DNA of 64,000 nucleotides from Vitrella brassicaformis CCMP3155. Taxonomy: Eukaryota > Protista > Chromerida. The translations under genes were made by a program, and so were the position numbers. Location: assembly GCA_001179505.1 (NCBI GenBank), contig CDMY01000354.1, positions 40,651 through 104,650 of the forward strand, given 5' to 3'. Below, piece by piece: positions 24,002 to 35,879 of the stretch. Each line of letters begins with the position of its first letter. The first letter of the stretch is position 1. The notes beneath the pieces are model-generated. The model ran no database searches and was not told the DNA's origin. It was given only the letters and a program-made list of their open reading frames with translations.

Positions 24002-24747
24002 ATGGCTTATCGCAGCAGCAGCCCCTTCTCGGAGTCGCGCATCTCCACCACCGATGAAGACCTCTTCCACAACGCGGAGAGATCTCGGCCAGGCGCAGAG
24101 GGGCATGGAGCATTCAGCCGCGTGTGGACCGCCGTCGGCATGGGCAAGGGGAGGGGGCGGGAGAGGGAGAGGGGGAGGGCTGCCGTCGGTGAGAGGCCTC
24201 CCTTTGCGGATGTGCACGTGTTGCTGGACAGCAGCAGGCACATGATTGACCGGATGCGGCCGTGCCAGTCGGCCAGCAGCACGCGGGATGGCTATGAGAT
24301 GGAGGAGGGGGAAGGCAGGGGCACAGATCACGATGGGGGATGCATCCACCAGGTGGCAGCCAAATGACGCCTTGGCTTATTGCAATGAATGCATTCTCAT
24401 TGTGTGTGTGGTTGCAGATGGAGGTTGAGAGGCAGGTGCAGAAGGTTCCGAACTACAGTAGCTACAGCCGGGATTGCGCCCTGTTCGACGTCTTTGCCGA
24501 CGTGTACGACACAATCACACCCACAGCCACGCCCACACCAGCAACCCAGGGATACCATACCGAAGAACCAAAGGGAGACGGGGAGGAAGATGGGCAGGGG
24601 GAGGGTCGTGTGGTGGGGGTGAGTGTGTGCAGGTGTGTGCGTGAGGTGGGCTGCCTGCTGCGTGATGCGTCTAGCGTCATTGTGCAGGGGTTCATGGAGC
24701 TGATCAGGGTCGTCAGGGCGGCGGGCCGCAGTGACGACGATCTGTAA
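24002..24747 (+). CDS. Hypothetical protein (2 exons, intron about 24352-24417)
   Basis: MAYRSSSPFSES... open frame joined by a phase-0 GT-AG intron to MEVERQVQKVPNY...DDDL-stop. No family recognised. Confidence 0.45.
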
Positions 24748-25099
24748 GAGAGAGAGGGATGAGTGTGTCTAGGTGGGTAGGCAATGGATGGATGGATGGA
24801 TGGATGGACACAATGGACCTCTGAGTAGACGGGGCAAAGAACATGCAGCATGTGTCTGTGGTCGCACCAAGAAAGCTACTGCCATGCGTCGGTCCATCGC
24901 GTCAAAACGGTCCTGCACTTCATTTGCAAAATGGTCGTGTACCGCGTGTGTGACTGTGTCCTTCGAGCATCCAAATGGCCTGTGCTGAGATGGGGGTCTG
25001 ACGTCAGAGATTCTGTCTGACGCAAGACATCATGCGCAACACCAACACAATGTTTGCAAGAATGGACACAGAACACAACACAGGAATGGCGCAGACCCC

Positions 25100-25399
25100 N
25101 NNNNNNNNNNNNNNNNNNNNNNNNNNNNNNNNNNNNNNNNNNNNNNNNNNNNNNNNNNNNNNNNNNNNNNNNNNNNNNNNNNNNNNNNNNNNNNNNNNNN
25201 NNNNNNNNNNNNNNNNNNNNNNNNNNNNNNNNNNNNNNNNNNNNNNNNNNNNNNNNNNNNNNNNNNNNNNNNNNNNNNNNNNNNNNNNNNNNNNNNNNNN
25301 NNNNNNNNNNNNNNNNNNNNNNNNNNNNNNNNNNNNNNNNNNNNNNNNNNNNNNNNNNNNNNNNNNNNNNNNNNNNNNNNNNNNNNNNNNNNNNNNNNN
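25100..25399. other. Assembly gap (300 N)
   Basis: N run. Confidence 0.99.
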
Positions 25400-25722
25400 C
25401 ACAGCACACGCACTTGTGGTCAAACAACACAGAAATATGTATGGTGGTCAGCTGAGAAGTCCAATTACTCCTTCCTTCAGAATGGCAACACGTACAAAGA
25501 GGACAGTCCCCGCCCGGCCCCTGCGCGCAATGCGACAGCGAAAAATCGGCGTCGACCAGATGAACCGACACACACACACACATTCAGGCACACACACACA
25601 CTCAGACACACCACAGCAGGCAGGCAAGCAGGCAGGCAGGCAGGCAGAACTGCATTGTTCTCTGCTCGCCAAAAAGGGTAAGCAGAGGGTCCGGGGCGCG
25701 GCTGGGTGTATTTGTCTGTGTG

Positions 25723-28095
25723 GCTCATGGCATGACGGGCAGGTACGGGAAGTAGTTCCATGGCAGGATGTAGAAGGCTGAGCCCATGTTGTGGATCAAC
25801 GGCAGGTCCTCACTGCAGGCGCACACACACGCACACGGAGGGAGGGAGGGATGGAGGGACAGAGGCATATGTCTGTTCAGTTCGTGTCTTCTCCTCCCTC
25901 CCTCCCTCCCTGTCTGCCATTCTCACCTTCGTGTTATGTGCTCCTTGCCGATCGTCACCCACGCCACGAGGTCCTCATCCACGAGTGAATCCCCTGCACA
26001 CCCACACACGCACAGACGTGGCCAAATTGTGCGTATGTGCGTCGCCATGGGTGGCAAACACTCCCTCACTGACCATCATCCACGTAGAAGCCGAGGGAAG
26101 AGTTGTGGACAGGCGATGACGGCACCCACATGTCGTAGAGCGACGTCGAGCAGCACTCCCAGTCCTGCAACCAGTGTATGCAAAGCCATGCCAACACAAC
26201 ATACGGAGAGGCTCTCGCCCCTCCCTCCCTCCCCCGTGCTGCCACGCACGCCCACACGCCCACCTACCTTTCTCTTTGTGAAGGTCACGTGGTTGTCCGC
26301 AAACCTCGCCACCTTGGCGAACGGGTGGCTCTTGGGCAGCACCTGCAGGTTGGTCGTCAGCGGCACAATCGCGTACCCCGGATGGTTCTCCGTCCCCTCT
26401 ATCGGGGTCGCATGAGCATTCACCACCCGCCACACGCTCGGCGAGTGGAAGTCCATCGTCCACTGGCTCTCGGCCCCCTCGTGTGTCACCAGCGCCTCTT
26501 TCAGGTACTTGGACGGGGGCGGGGAGGCCTTTGCGAGGAGGGGGTTGGTCGATCGCACATCGGCCGGCCAGGCGGAGAGCTGCCCGTCCTGGTCGGTGCC
26601 TTGTGCGTCGAGGTAGCCGACCTTGCTCATGGTCTTCTCGAGTCTGTTTTGAGTGCCGTGGACGTCTAGGTCGACCTTCCAGTTGGTCAGGTGGGTGTGC
26701 AGGGGGGCCGCCAGCTGCAGGAAGGCACGCAGGCAGGCAGGCAGGGAGGAAGACATACATACATCCATCCATCGCTGGGCGGGTGTTGGTCGGCTTACGT
26801 TCTTGTGCACAATGGTGCTGTAGGCCTTTCCGCTGGGATTGAAGTCCGGGTGATACCTTCACACACATAGACACACACACTCCCTCCCTCCCTCCCTCCC
26901 TCCGTGGCTCGTTCATTCACTTGACTCACTCACCAGTGTGTCTCCATGTATCCGGCCAATGTCGTCATGACCTGTGCACTGCCGTCAGGGTAGAAGTGCA
27001 CCTCCATGATGTAGTCGTAGTTGCCCACAGTGGCCACCTGCCGCACCACCAGGCTCTCGGCCGCCAGACCGCTCGGCCGATAGAGAAACGGCTCGGTGTG
27101 CCGCCAGATGGAGGAGCCGCTGCTGTGGGTGAAGACACACGCTGCCACGAACCAGTCGGCCTTTGAAGGGTCCCATAGCTGCCTGCATTGAATGCATTGC
27201 ACGGGGGAGCGACACAGACAGACAGACAGACAGACAGTTGGGGATGTGTGTGTGTGTGTGTGTTGATGCGTTACATCCACGAGGCGAAGTTGATGTAAGT
27301 GGCGTCGTAGGGGCAGTCGACGCCGGGGATGAGGTTGGCGGACCACTGGGACATCGTGTAGTCCTCGTCGCTGACACACACACACACACACACACGGCCC
27401 TACACACCGATATGCCCACCCATTCGCTTGTCAATCATCAGTTACGCGTAAAAGAACTGCTCGTGTCCCTCCCCGGCATAGTCGGCGTGCGACGCCTGAG
27501 GACACCCATACCCAACACACACACACACACACACATCTGTCTGCCTGACTGCCTGCCCGGCCGGTGTCTGCGTCACGTGTGTGTCGACGGCCAGCCACCT
27601 GGAATGAGAGCTCGTATGCGATCCTCTGCCCCTTGAACTTCAGGTTCCTCAGGTCCAGCCCCCGGGAGGGCCGCACCGTCATAAAGAAATCCCAACCGAG
27701 GCCGCTCACCTACAAAACACATAATACCCAACACCCACAGCAGATGCCCGGACGAACATTTGTCTGTGTGTGTGGTGGGTGCGGGGAGGGGGNNNNNNNN
27801 NNNNNNNNNNNNNNNNNNNNNNNNNNNNNNNNNNNNNNNNNNNNNNNNNNNNNNNNNNNNNNNNNNNNNNNNNNNNNNNNNNNNNNNNNNNNNNNNNNNN
27901 NNNNNNNNNNNNNNNNNNNNNNNNNNNNNNNNNNNNNNNNNNNNNNNNNNNNNNNNNNNNNNNNNNNNNNNNNNNNNNNNNNNNNNNNNNNNNNNNNNNN
28001 NNNNNNNNNNNNNNNNNNNNNNNNNNNNNNNNNNNNNNNNNNNNNNNNNNNNNNNNNNNNNNNNNNNNNNNNNNNNNNNNNNNNNNNNNNNNTGT

Positions 28096-28126
<31 letters not shown>

Positions 28127-28356
28127 AACCTGTTGGCCGCCGAAAAGATACTTGGGTCCTGCTTGCAAAAACAGCTCAGTGCCCCTCATGGTGGGAGTAG
28201 ACGAGCCCATCAAGTACTTCATCCGGCACTCCTTCTCGAATCGCCTGTTCTCGGCCAGCCGTCGCGCGACGGTGGCCTTCTCCTTCATGGCCTTGATCTC
28301 GTCCTGCCCTCTGTAGCCACCTCGCGTCATGTCCCACGTGAGCGAGCCTGACCCAC

Positions 28357-28387
<31 letters not shown>

Positions 28388-29069
28388 GGAAAGAGGGGGA
28401 GAGTGGCGTGTGCTGTGTGTGTCTAAGGGGTCGGCCAGTTACTGGTGAAGGTGTATTTGCATCGTGAGAGGGTCGACTTCCGGTAGGCAGCCAGCAGCGC
28501 AGCACTGACAGCCACACAGACACACAAACAGACAGACAGACAGACAGACATCGACGCATCCAAGGACAGGGCGGCTGTGCGCGCGTGTCAGCTCATTTCT
28601 TACGCCGACTGGTATCCCGCCTGGCCGCAGTATTTGAAGTCGAACGCCGTCCACTCTTTGGGGTCGCGGGCAGTGTTGTTGACGCGGAACGAAAGGGGCA
28701 CTGGATGCACGAACGCCACCTGACACACAGACACAGACACAGACACACGTAAGGAGACTACTGACTAGAGCCGGCGGGCTGTCGTCTCGTCAAGAAGGTC
28801 ACCTCTTCGTGCGCCTCATCGGGGAACCACATCAGCAGCGTCCGACTGATCCGTGAGGCGTCCGTCGACTGGATGTCGGCACGGAGGAAGCCGCCAACTA
28901 CGCCCATCTGACACACGCACACCCACACGCGTGGCGCGACCCTTCAACCTGTGATTGCCGACCTACCTTGGGGTCCCAGGAGTCGAATTGCGGCCAGACG
29001 TTGCCGAACGACTCGGTCAAGACCTCCTCAAGCTCAGCCAACGTACGGTTTACAAACCATTCCTCGCTG

Positions 29070-29104
<35 letters not shown>

Positions 29105-30039
29105 GCGGGGAGAATATCCATCGCTTGCCTGAGTGCGTGTGTGAGTGTGTGTGTGGTGTGTGTGTGCGTGCATCACCGACCGTGCGTTGAACACGGCCTG
29201 CCCAGGTCTCCGTGTGTATGTGATGTGGCCGTCGTCCGTGAGCTGGGTGATGGGGCTGCCGGCAGGAATGGAAGGCTCGTCGCGACTTCCCTCGATCGGC
29301 CCAACCTTCACCTCAACCAAATCAGGCGCAGAACGGCCCTCGCGGACCACAGTCACTGCACCCACCACCGACCCACAGCAGCCAGACACACACAGGAAGG
29401 ACAAGTGCTCGTGCGTCTCTTGTCGCGAGGCTGGCGTGACTGACCTTTCGCATATCTCGGCGGCGGTGTGTCGGTAAGGCCATCGACATACTGCAGCGCC
29501 TCGCTCTTCAGCGGGTGGTACAGGGCCACCGCCTCCGGCCCCTCGGCATAGTTGAGCCCGTCGGTGGGATCGTACACGGCAGCCACGCCCATTTCCTTGC
29601 CCACATGGGCCAGCACACACTTGATCTCCGCCGGCGACAGCTCGTCAAAGATCACATTGCGGTCTCGGTCTTCCCCGCTCCACACCGCACTGAACACCGG
29701 CGGCGGCACCGATGCGCTCGACACGCCCCTCTCGCCGCCCCCCGGTGTGGTGAACGGGATGCTGGGAATCGTCATTGACGAGCCACTGAGTGTGGAAACG
29801 GCGTAAGTGACGAGGCTGCCGACCGCCGCGCCCAGCACGATGCAGCCCGCCATGAGCATCCCCGTCCGCAGGCGGCTCTTGCGCTGGATCTGCCCCACCA
29901 GCGGCCTGGCCTCCCCCACCATGTGGCCGTCATCCCCCTCCCCAGCCTCCGTCGGCGGCCTCGTTTCTGCGACGCGGGTCATCTCACTGTCGTCGCTCTT
30001 GACGCCGTTGTAATGCGCAGCATAGGCTCCCTCGGGCAT
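25723..30039 (-). CDS. Copper-containing amine oxidase (TPQ), type II membrane-anchored, multi-exon; exact 3' end uncertain
   Basis: N-terminal TM segment GMLMAGCIVLGAAVGSLVTYAV. Motifs FDELSPAEI, GLDLRNLKFKGQRIAYELSFQ, YAD (catalytic Asp), GVDCPYDATY, VRQVATVGNYDY (TPQ consensus), HTH and KEHI (Cu ligands), DEDLVAWV, PWNYF. Confidence 0.92.
27793..28092. other. Assembly gap (300 N), apparently inside an amine oxidase intron, G-rich flanks
   Basis: N run. The exons on either side (GPKYLFGGQQ / SGLGWDFFM) are contiguous in the amine oxidase fold. Confidence 0.95.
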
Positions 30040-30172
30040 CCTCCTGTCGGCGATGAGTGGGAGTCGATGCGCAAAGCACTGATGAATAGATCTGCCGACA
30101 GTAGTGACTGCTGGTCAGTTGGGGAAGGCGGAATGACGCCGAAGGGGAGGAAATCGGGAGATCTGCACGCTC

Positions 30173-30196
30173 AGCTCGCAGAATTTTTGAGCTCGC
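30173..30196 (+). promoter_or_regulatory. Tandem AGCTCGC motifs with intervening AGAATTT upstream of QCR8
   Basis: AGCTCGC at 30173-30179 and 30190-30196 (cagctcgcagaatttttgagctcgc). Confidence 0.5.
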
Positions 30197-30230
30197 CTTT
30201 GTCGAGGCAGAGGAGGTCCGAGGGGCGAAG

Positions 30231-30729
30231 ATGAGTCTGCTCCGGACGCGCAGCAAGACTGTGGCGCGTCTGCCGACGCGCCGGACCTCAAATTATGATC
30301 AGCGCCGGCTTGGTAAGCCGCGGGGAGGAGCAGCAGGGAGGGAATGCTCTGTGCATCATATTAGCGAGGCAGGCACCGCACTGGCAGACAGATAGGCTGG
30401 GCGTGCACGCGTCCTCCCCTCTCCCTTTCCCCATCGTGTGTTGTGTTGGCTTGTGTGTGTGTTGTGCAGGTCGTTACCCGGTGCCGTCTGAGGACGTGGT
30501 GTGGTGGGAGAACCGTTTCCAAGTGCCGGGCGGCCAGTGGGAGCACGTGGTGAGCCCGTTCCAGCTGAAGCTGTGGTTCGACTGGGCCCAGAAGTTCCCC
30601 GTCCGCTGGTACAGCCGCCTCAGCGTGTGGTTCTGGCAGTGGACATACCCCGCCATCATCTTCTACGGCGGCTACTTCAAGTGCTGCTACGAGGTCGACC
30701 AGTCCATCAAGGCCAAGTTCTGGTACTAA
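30231..30729 (+). CDS. QCR8: Cytochrome bc1 complex subunit 8, apicomplexan/myzozoan type (exons 30231-30312, 30470-30729)
   Basis: GRYPVPSEDVVWWENRFQVPGGQWEHVVSPFQLK...WTYPAIIF...EVDQSIKAKFWY. From recall this resembles Toxoplasma QCR8 (G.YPV, SPYQLK, terminal WY). Confidence 0.78.
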
Positions 30730-31460
30730 TCGACACACATACCGACAGACACGCACATACACAGACAGAGGGAGGGCTCTGTGCATCGGAACGTGGCTCT
30801 GGTTTTTTGCTTTTGGCCGTGGCGTGAGAGAGAGGGTGGGGTGGGGTGCCGTCGGAGTGGTGTGTCGTGAGATGGCTGGGTGTCTGGTGTTTCAATGCCC
30901 ATGTTTGGGCGTGACTGGTTTGTATGGCGCATCGATGTGTGTGGTCAATTTGACCCCGGCGAGCATCGACAACCGTTGCGGTCTGCACCGGCTGCTTCGG
31001 CTGACGATGGTGGGCGGCGAAGGATTGACCACCCATGTGACGATGCCTTGGAGTCACACAGATGGAAGTGTGTGTGTCTGTATGCACCCCGTATCACGGC
31101 CATCTGTCTGTGGGTGGGATCGGTGGCAAACAGGCTGATCTCGATCATGCGGCTGACTGGCTGGATGTGCGTGAGGTGTTGCCGGCTCGAGACTCTCTGT
31201 AGTGAACCAATGGGGAGATGTAGGCGTAGTGGGCCTCTCGTGTATGTCGCTCGATGTGCAAATGTTTGATGCGGACACACGAGCGGTGGATGAAGCGACG
31301 CTGTGCGTGGATCAGAAGAAAAGCGCTCCACGTGCGACAGTCTGCGCGCTGAAAATCTCTGCTGCTGCTGCTCCGATCTGCTCGAGAGGGATATCTGATC
31401 TTCGGTGACTTTGAGGAGTTGGATGCAGCCCGCAACCGCCCTCGTCTCGCTCTCTTTCTC

Positions 31461-34400
31461 ATGCAAGGCGTCGTGCGTCCCTTGCTGCTGCGGGCATCGT
31501 CACTCCGGCAGGAGATCCGCGCAGCCTGCGCAGCCAGGAGGCGCGACGACATCGACGTGCTGCTGGCGGAGGTCATACGAGTCTACACACTCCCCCAGCC
31601 CACCACCGACACCACAAGCTCAGCTGCGCGCTCATCGTCAGGACCACCCGAGCTCAATGGCTCATCAGCAGCACCTACTAGTAGTGGCTCTCTCTTGAAT
31701 GGGTCATTGAGTGTGACCGCTCAACAGCAGCCGACCGCCACTGCGGAGCTGATAGAGATCGTCAAGGACGTGGCGCGTCAGCGGCAGCCCGCCCCACAGT
31801 TCTGGAAGTTCGTCACGACAGAGGCCGCGAGGCTCGCTGAAGACGGCAAGAAGGGGCAGAGTCCAGGGGAGAGTCAGGGGGAGGGGGACGGCCTGCTGGC
31901 GGCCCTGCAGCTCGTCTACTGGGCCCTGCAGGCCGGGAGTGGGAACGCCCTGAACGCTGAGCTGCCCGAGCTCTACCGCCGGCTGTCCAAGCAGCTCAAC
32001 ACTGACAGCTCCCCTCTGTCGAGGTCGCCCGAGTCGGCCATGTGGCTGCTGCAGGTGTCGTCCATCATCAAGCCGGCGCCCTCGACCGACGCACTGCGTG
32101 TGGCGGTTCAGTTCCTGCAGGACCACGTCTACATCTACGACGCGGCGCAGTGTGTGGCGGTGCTGCGGCATTTGTCGTCGATGCAGTGGCCCGCTGTGGA
32201 GCTGGTGCAGGCCATGATGCGGCGGCTGGGGGGGATGCTGGACGACCTCCGCCCCTATGACATGGCCTGGTGTGCCTACGCCCTGGCGCACCTGCGGGAG
32301 GTCAGCGACACCTTCCTGCACGCGCTGTCCCAGGCCTTTATTGCCCAGATGCACAACACCCGCCCGAGCGACGTGTCCAGGTTTCTGACCGCTTTAACGC
32401 GGATGGGTGGCAAGTACGCGATGGAGCTGGGATGGGGGAAGGTGTGCACGGTAGACGCCATCGGTGTCTGTGTGTGTGTTGGGCGGGCTGTTGCAGTGAC
32501 GAGGGCATCTTGGAGCGTTGTGCTGAGCGGATCTGTGCGTGGGACGTGTCGATGCGTGAGTCGCCTGACGACTGGACCACCCTGACCAGCATCGTCGAGG
32601 CTTTCAGCAGGCTCAACTACTCACACATTGCCTTCCTCAGGTACGTCGGTGCATGACACACATCGACCGCAACACACACAGTCACACACAGAGGGACACC
32701 TAGGCACCCACGACGCGTGTGTGTGTGCGTGTTGGGTGTGGTTCGTTCGTTGGTTCTGTCTTTCAGTCACGTGATGCCTCATCTGACGCGTCTTGCTGCC
32801 GACGTGGACGACGTCAACAAAGTGATGCCGCTGTGGTGCAACGTGTGGCGCCTGGGGGTCAGCGAGCCACTCACACATGACCAGCAGTTGCGGCCATTCG
32901 TTGCCTTTGTGTCGTCATGTTTAGGTGTGGGATGGCCCGTTGCGAGGGGCGCTGAGGCGAAGGGCCATGACTGAAGTGGACCAGCTTGACGTGCCTGTGA
33001 GCCCACGCAGCCCATCCGATGGTCATCTTCCTGCTTGCTCACGAGTGGGCCTTCATTGTCTCCTCTCAGGGCATGGCCAGGGCGACTGAACTCTGCTACA
33101 GCTACTTAGGTACACACACACACGCAAACACAAACACACACAGACACATATAACAAGACGCACCATCGAGCCCCCCTGGCTGTGTCAGGTTTCTCGGACC
33201 TGCCTCTGTTTGTGGGTCTGATGCGGTCGACATGGGGCCGCAGCGAGTGGCTCGAGAGGTTCCGTGCGTCCGCCACGCCACAGCCCTACTACGGCCACAA
33301 CAACAGGGAGCGCAAGGAGCGCGAGGCCCAGGCCAAGAACATATCCATGCTGGGGAACAACACATGGGTGAGAACCGAGCTTATGGGACGAGCTTGCGGG
33401 TGTGGATCGAGCCCATCCGAGGCGTTTGTGTATGTGTCATCAGACCGCCTTGCACTGCCTGACGTGTCTGCCGAGCTGCAACGAAGGGCCCAGCAACGGG
33501 GCCCTGTGGGAGCAGGCCTCACTCGACGACCTGAGCCGCCTGCAGACGCTGATGGCCGACCTGCCCACCGGCAAAAAGGTGAGAAGGGCGGCAGCTGGGG
33601 GAGAGGCGGACAGGTCGAGGGAAATGCAGAGGTGTGTAGGCGTGTGTGTGTGTATTGCTCAACCAAGTCAGGGGGACGATCGTATGAGCTCGACGTTCCA
33701 CGAAGAGGTCCTCAAGGCCATGCCCCTGCGGCTGCAGCAAGGTGCACACACATACACAACCACAACCACCCACACCCCCGATATGCCTGCCTGCCTGTCT
33801 GTCTGGCTGGCTGTGGTCGATCTCTCAGCGACGACAAACGAGGTGCGTGCGTCCAAGTACCTGTTGGACTTGGTGCTCCCTCCCTCAGCGACCACACTTA
33901 TCCCGCCAGATCCACCCCACACCTCCGCAGAACCTGACGACTATGGCCGATATGACCACAACGAGGTCACCCTCCACTCTGACAGTGAGAGCTTTGAGGG
34001 CGATAGCGACGGCGGCAACACCACCACCAGTGGCCGGCAGATTGCGCGTGTCAAGCAGCTGGTGCAGCTGCATCGTGCGGGCATTCTGTCCACCGAGCTG
34101 TCACCGTCATGCACGGTGTCCGCCATCGTCATCCCCGACACTGCTGTTGGTGAGTCCAGTGACGACGGCAGCGTGTGGCGCCTGGCGCGTGACAAGCTGC
34201 TCACTGCCAAGCCCCCACGGCCCTTTGACACCATCGACGTCCATCGGGGACACATCCAGCGGGCGGTCGTCCGCTACGTGAACAAGGTCATCGCCGTGTT
34301 TGAGCTGCGACCGCCTAATCCACACAGACAGCGGCAAAAGAATAACAAGGAGAACAAAGGCGACCAGCGGCAGCCAGAGGGACAAGCTGATCAATCTGAC

Positions 34401-34898
34401 TCAGAGGTCGCCGGCGAGACCAACACAGCCGCAGACACCGAAGAGACAACAGTGGAGGCGCCCGAGCCACAGTCTGAAGAGCCCTCACAGCAGAGTGAGG
34501 CTGATGCTGCAGCAGCAGCAGCTGAGGCACGACCTCCCCAGCCCAAGAAGTGGACCTTGAAGGTGCGGCACGACGTCATGTGTGCGCCTGAGCAGCACAT
34601 GGATTTCTTACAGAGGGAGATGACCAAGAAATGGACGAGAGCACACAACAGAAAAGGCAATACCAGCGACAAAGGACAGCAGCAGCAGGAGCATGACCCT
34701 CCGGCAGGCAGCGTGTTGTCTGTGAGTGTTGACCCTCTGTTTGTGCGTGTGCACGTGTGTGAGGGCGACGAGCTCTACGCCAAGTGCGACCTGCTCGTCG
34801 ACGAGATCACGAAGCCCTCGGGTGGCAGCAAGAAGAGCAAAAAGAAGAGGGGCATGGGCGAGAGTGAGGATGACGGGGGGTCAGATGAGGACACATGA
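31461..34898 (+). CDS. Putative organelle-targeted helical-repeat protein (FASTK/HPR/OPR-like) with a possible degenerate RAP-like region, multi-exon
   Basis: Arg-rich N-terminus MQGVVRPLLLRASSLRQEIR. Repeats such as DMAWCAYALAHLR, DVSRFLTALTRMG, LTSIVEAFSRLNY. Later SSTFHEEV...EVRASKYLLDLVLP, then an acidic tail. Confidence 0.5.
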
Positions 34899-35614
34899 TG
34901 GAGAGATGGAGTGGCGGACTCTCCCAATGGAATGTGTGTGTCATGTGAATACCGACCAGTCATTGTGTATTTATTTGTGTGCCGTTCATATGGGGCGCCC
35001 TCTAGCTAGACGTTCAAGTTAGACATTCAAGACCCCACACAGAGAGACGCAAAGCCGCTGTATATGGCGGTGCGGTGCCCGAAGGAAAGCACTTCTTTCA
35101 CGTGTGCGTGTGTGTATGTCATGATGCTGTCTGTGTGGTGTTTCCCGGTCTCTGCAACGACGTCTCCTCTTCTACTCCGTTGAGTGCAAGTCCCTCAGTG
35201 CGATGGACACCCTACACACACACACACGCACACGCGCACACTCACACACGGCATAGAGTGTCTCCCATCCTCATATGGATGAATCGACACGCACACACAT
35301 GATGGCTGGTGTTCGTTCCCGTAAGTGACTACTCGGCGGATAGCAACACGCACCCTACCCCACAAGTACACGAAATGAGCCAGCGACACCGACTTCGCTA
35401 ACCCTCCATGCGTGCGGCGTAGTGGGCGAACTGCGGCAGTCGGAAACGTCGCGCCAACCAGTGTGACAGCAAAACACAAACATACCCGCCCTCCCTCCCC
35501 CCATCCTTCCCTCCCAGCCCAGCGCCGAAAAGCGTCGCGTACACGGAAATGGACGCATGTAAGTTGCGGCAGTGACTTGTGACAAACGAATGTGTGTATC
35601 GTATCGTGCATCAA

Positions 35615-35847
35615 TCAGTCGTCGGCCATGAGGAGAGCAACACCGGCCAAAATCCACTTCTTGGGGTCCTCGTCGGGGTCCATCCTGACGCACGACGGCA
35701 CACCAGAGACACACATGAGACACAGCGGGCAATGGATCTCGCGGTGAAGCATACATACCTGAGGTTTGCGGTTGTGACATAGGTGGGTCCTCTCATGGAC
35801 GTCACATACAGGGGGCAGCGGTACATGCTGTCCCACGACATCTCCTG

Positions 35848-35879
<32 letters not shown>

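Noticed and set aside
16914-28363. ORFs containing long X runs
   Set aside because: Artefacts of translating through N gaps.
20614-30039. Extending the wall-gene cluster to include the copper amine oxidase
   Set aside because: It is separated by Zn-finger, RPL28, frataxin and orphan genes, so it is kept only as a weak separate hypothesis.
31419-31460. ORF-track start at 31419 for the helical-repeat gene (likewise 54601 and 63706)
   Set aside because: These are TTG/GTG codons. The first in-frame ATGs (31461, 54604, 63703) were used instead.
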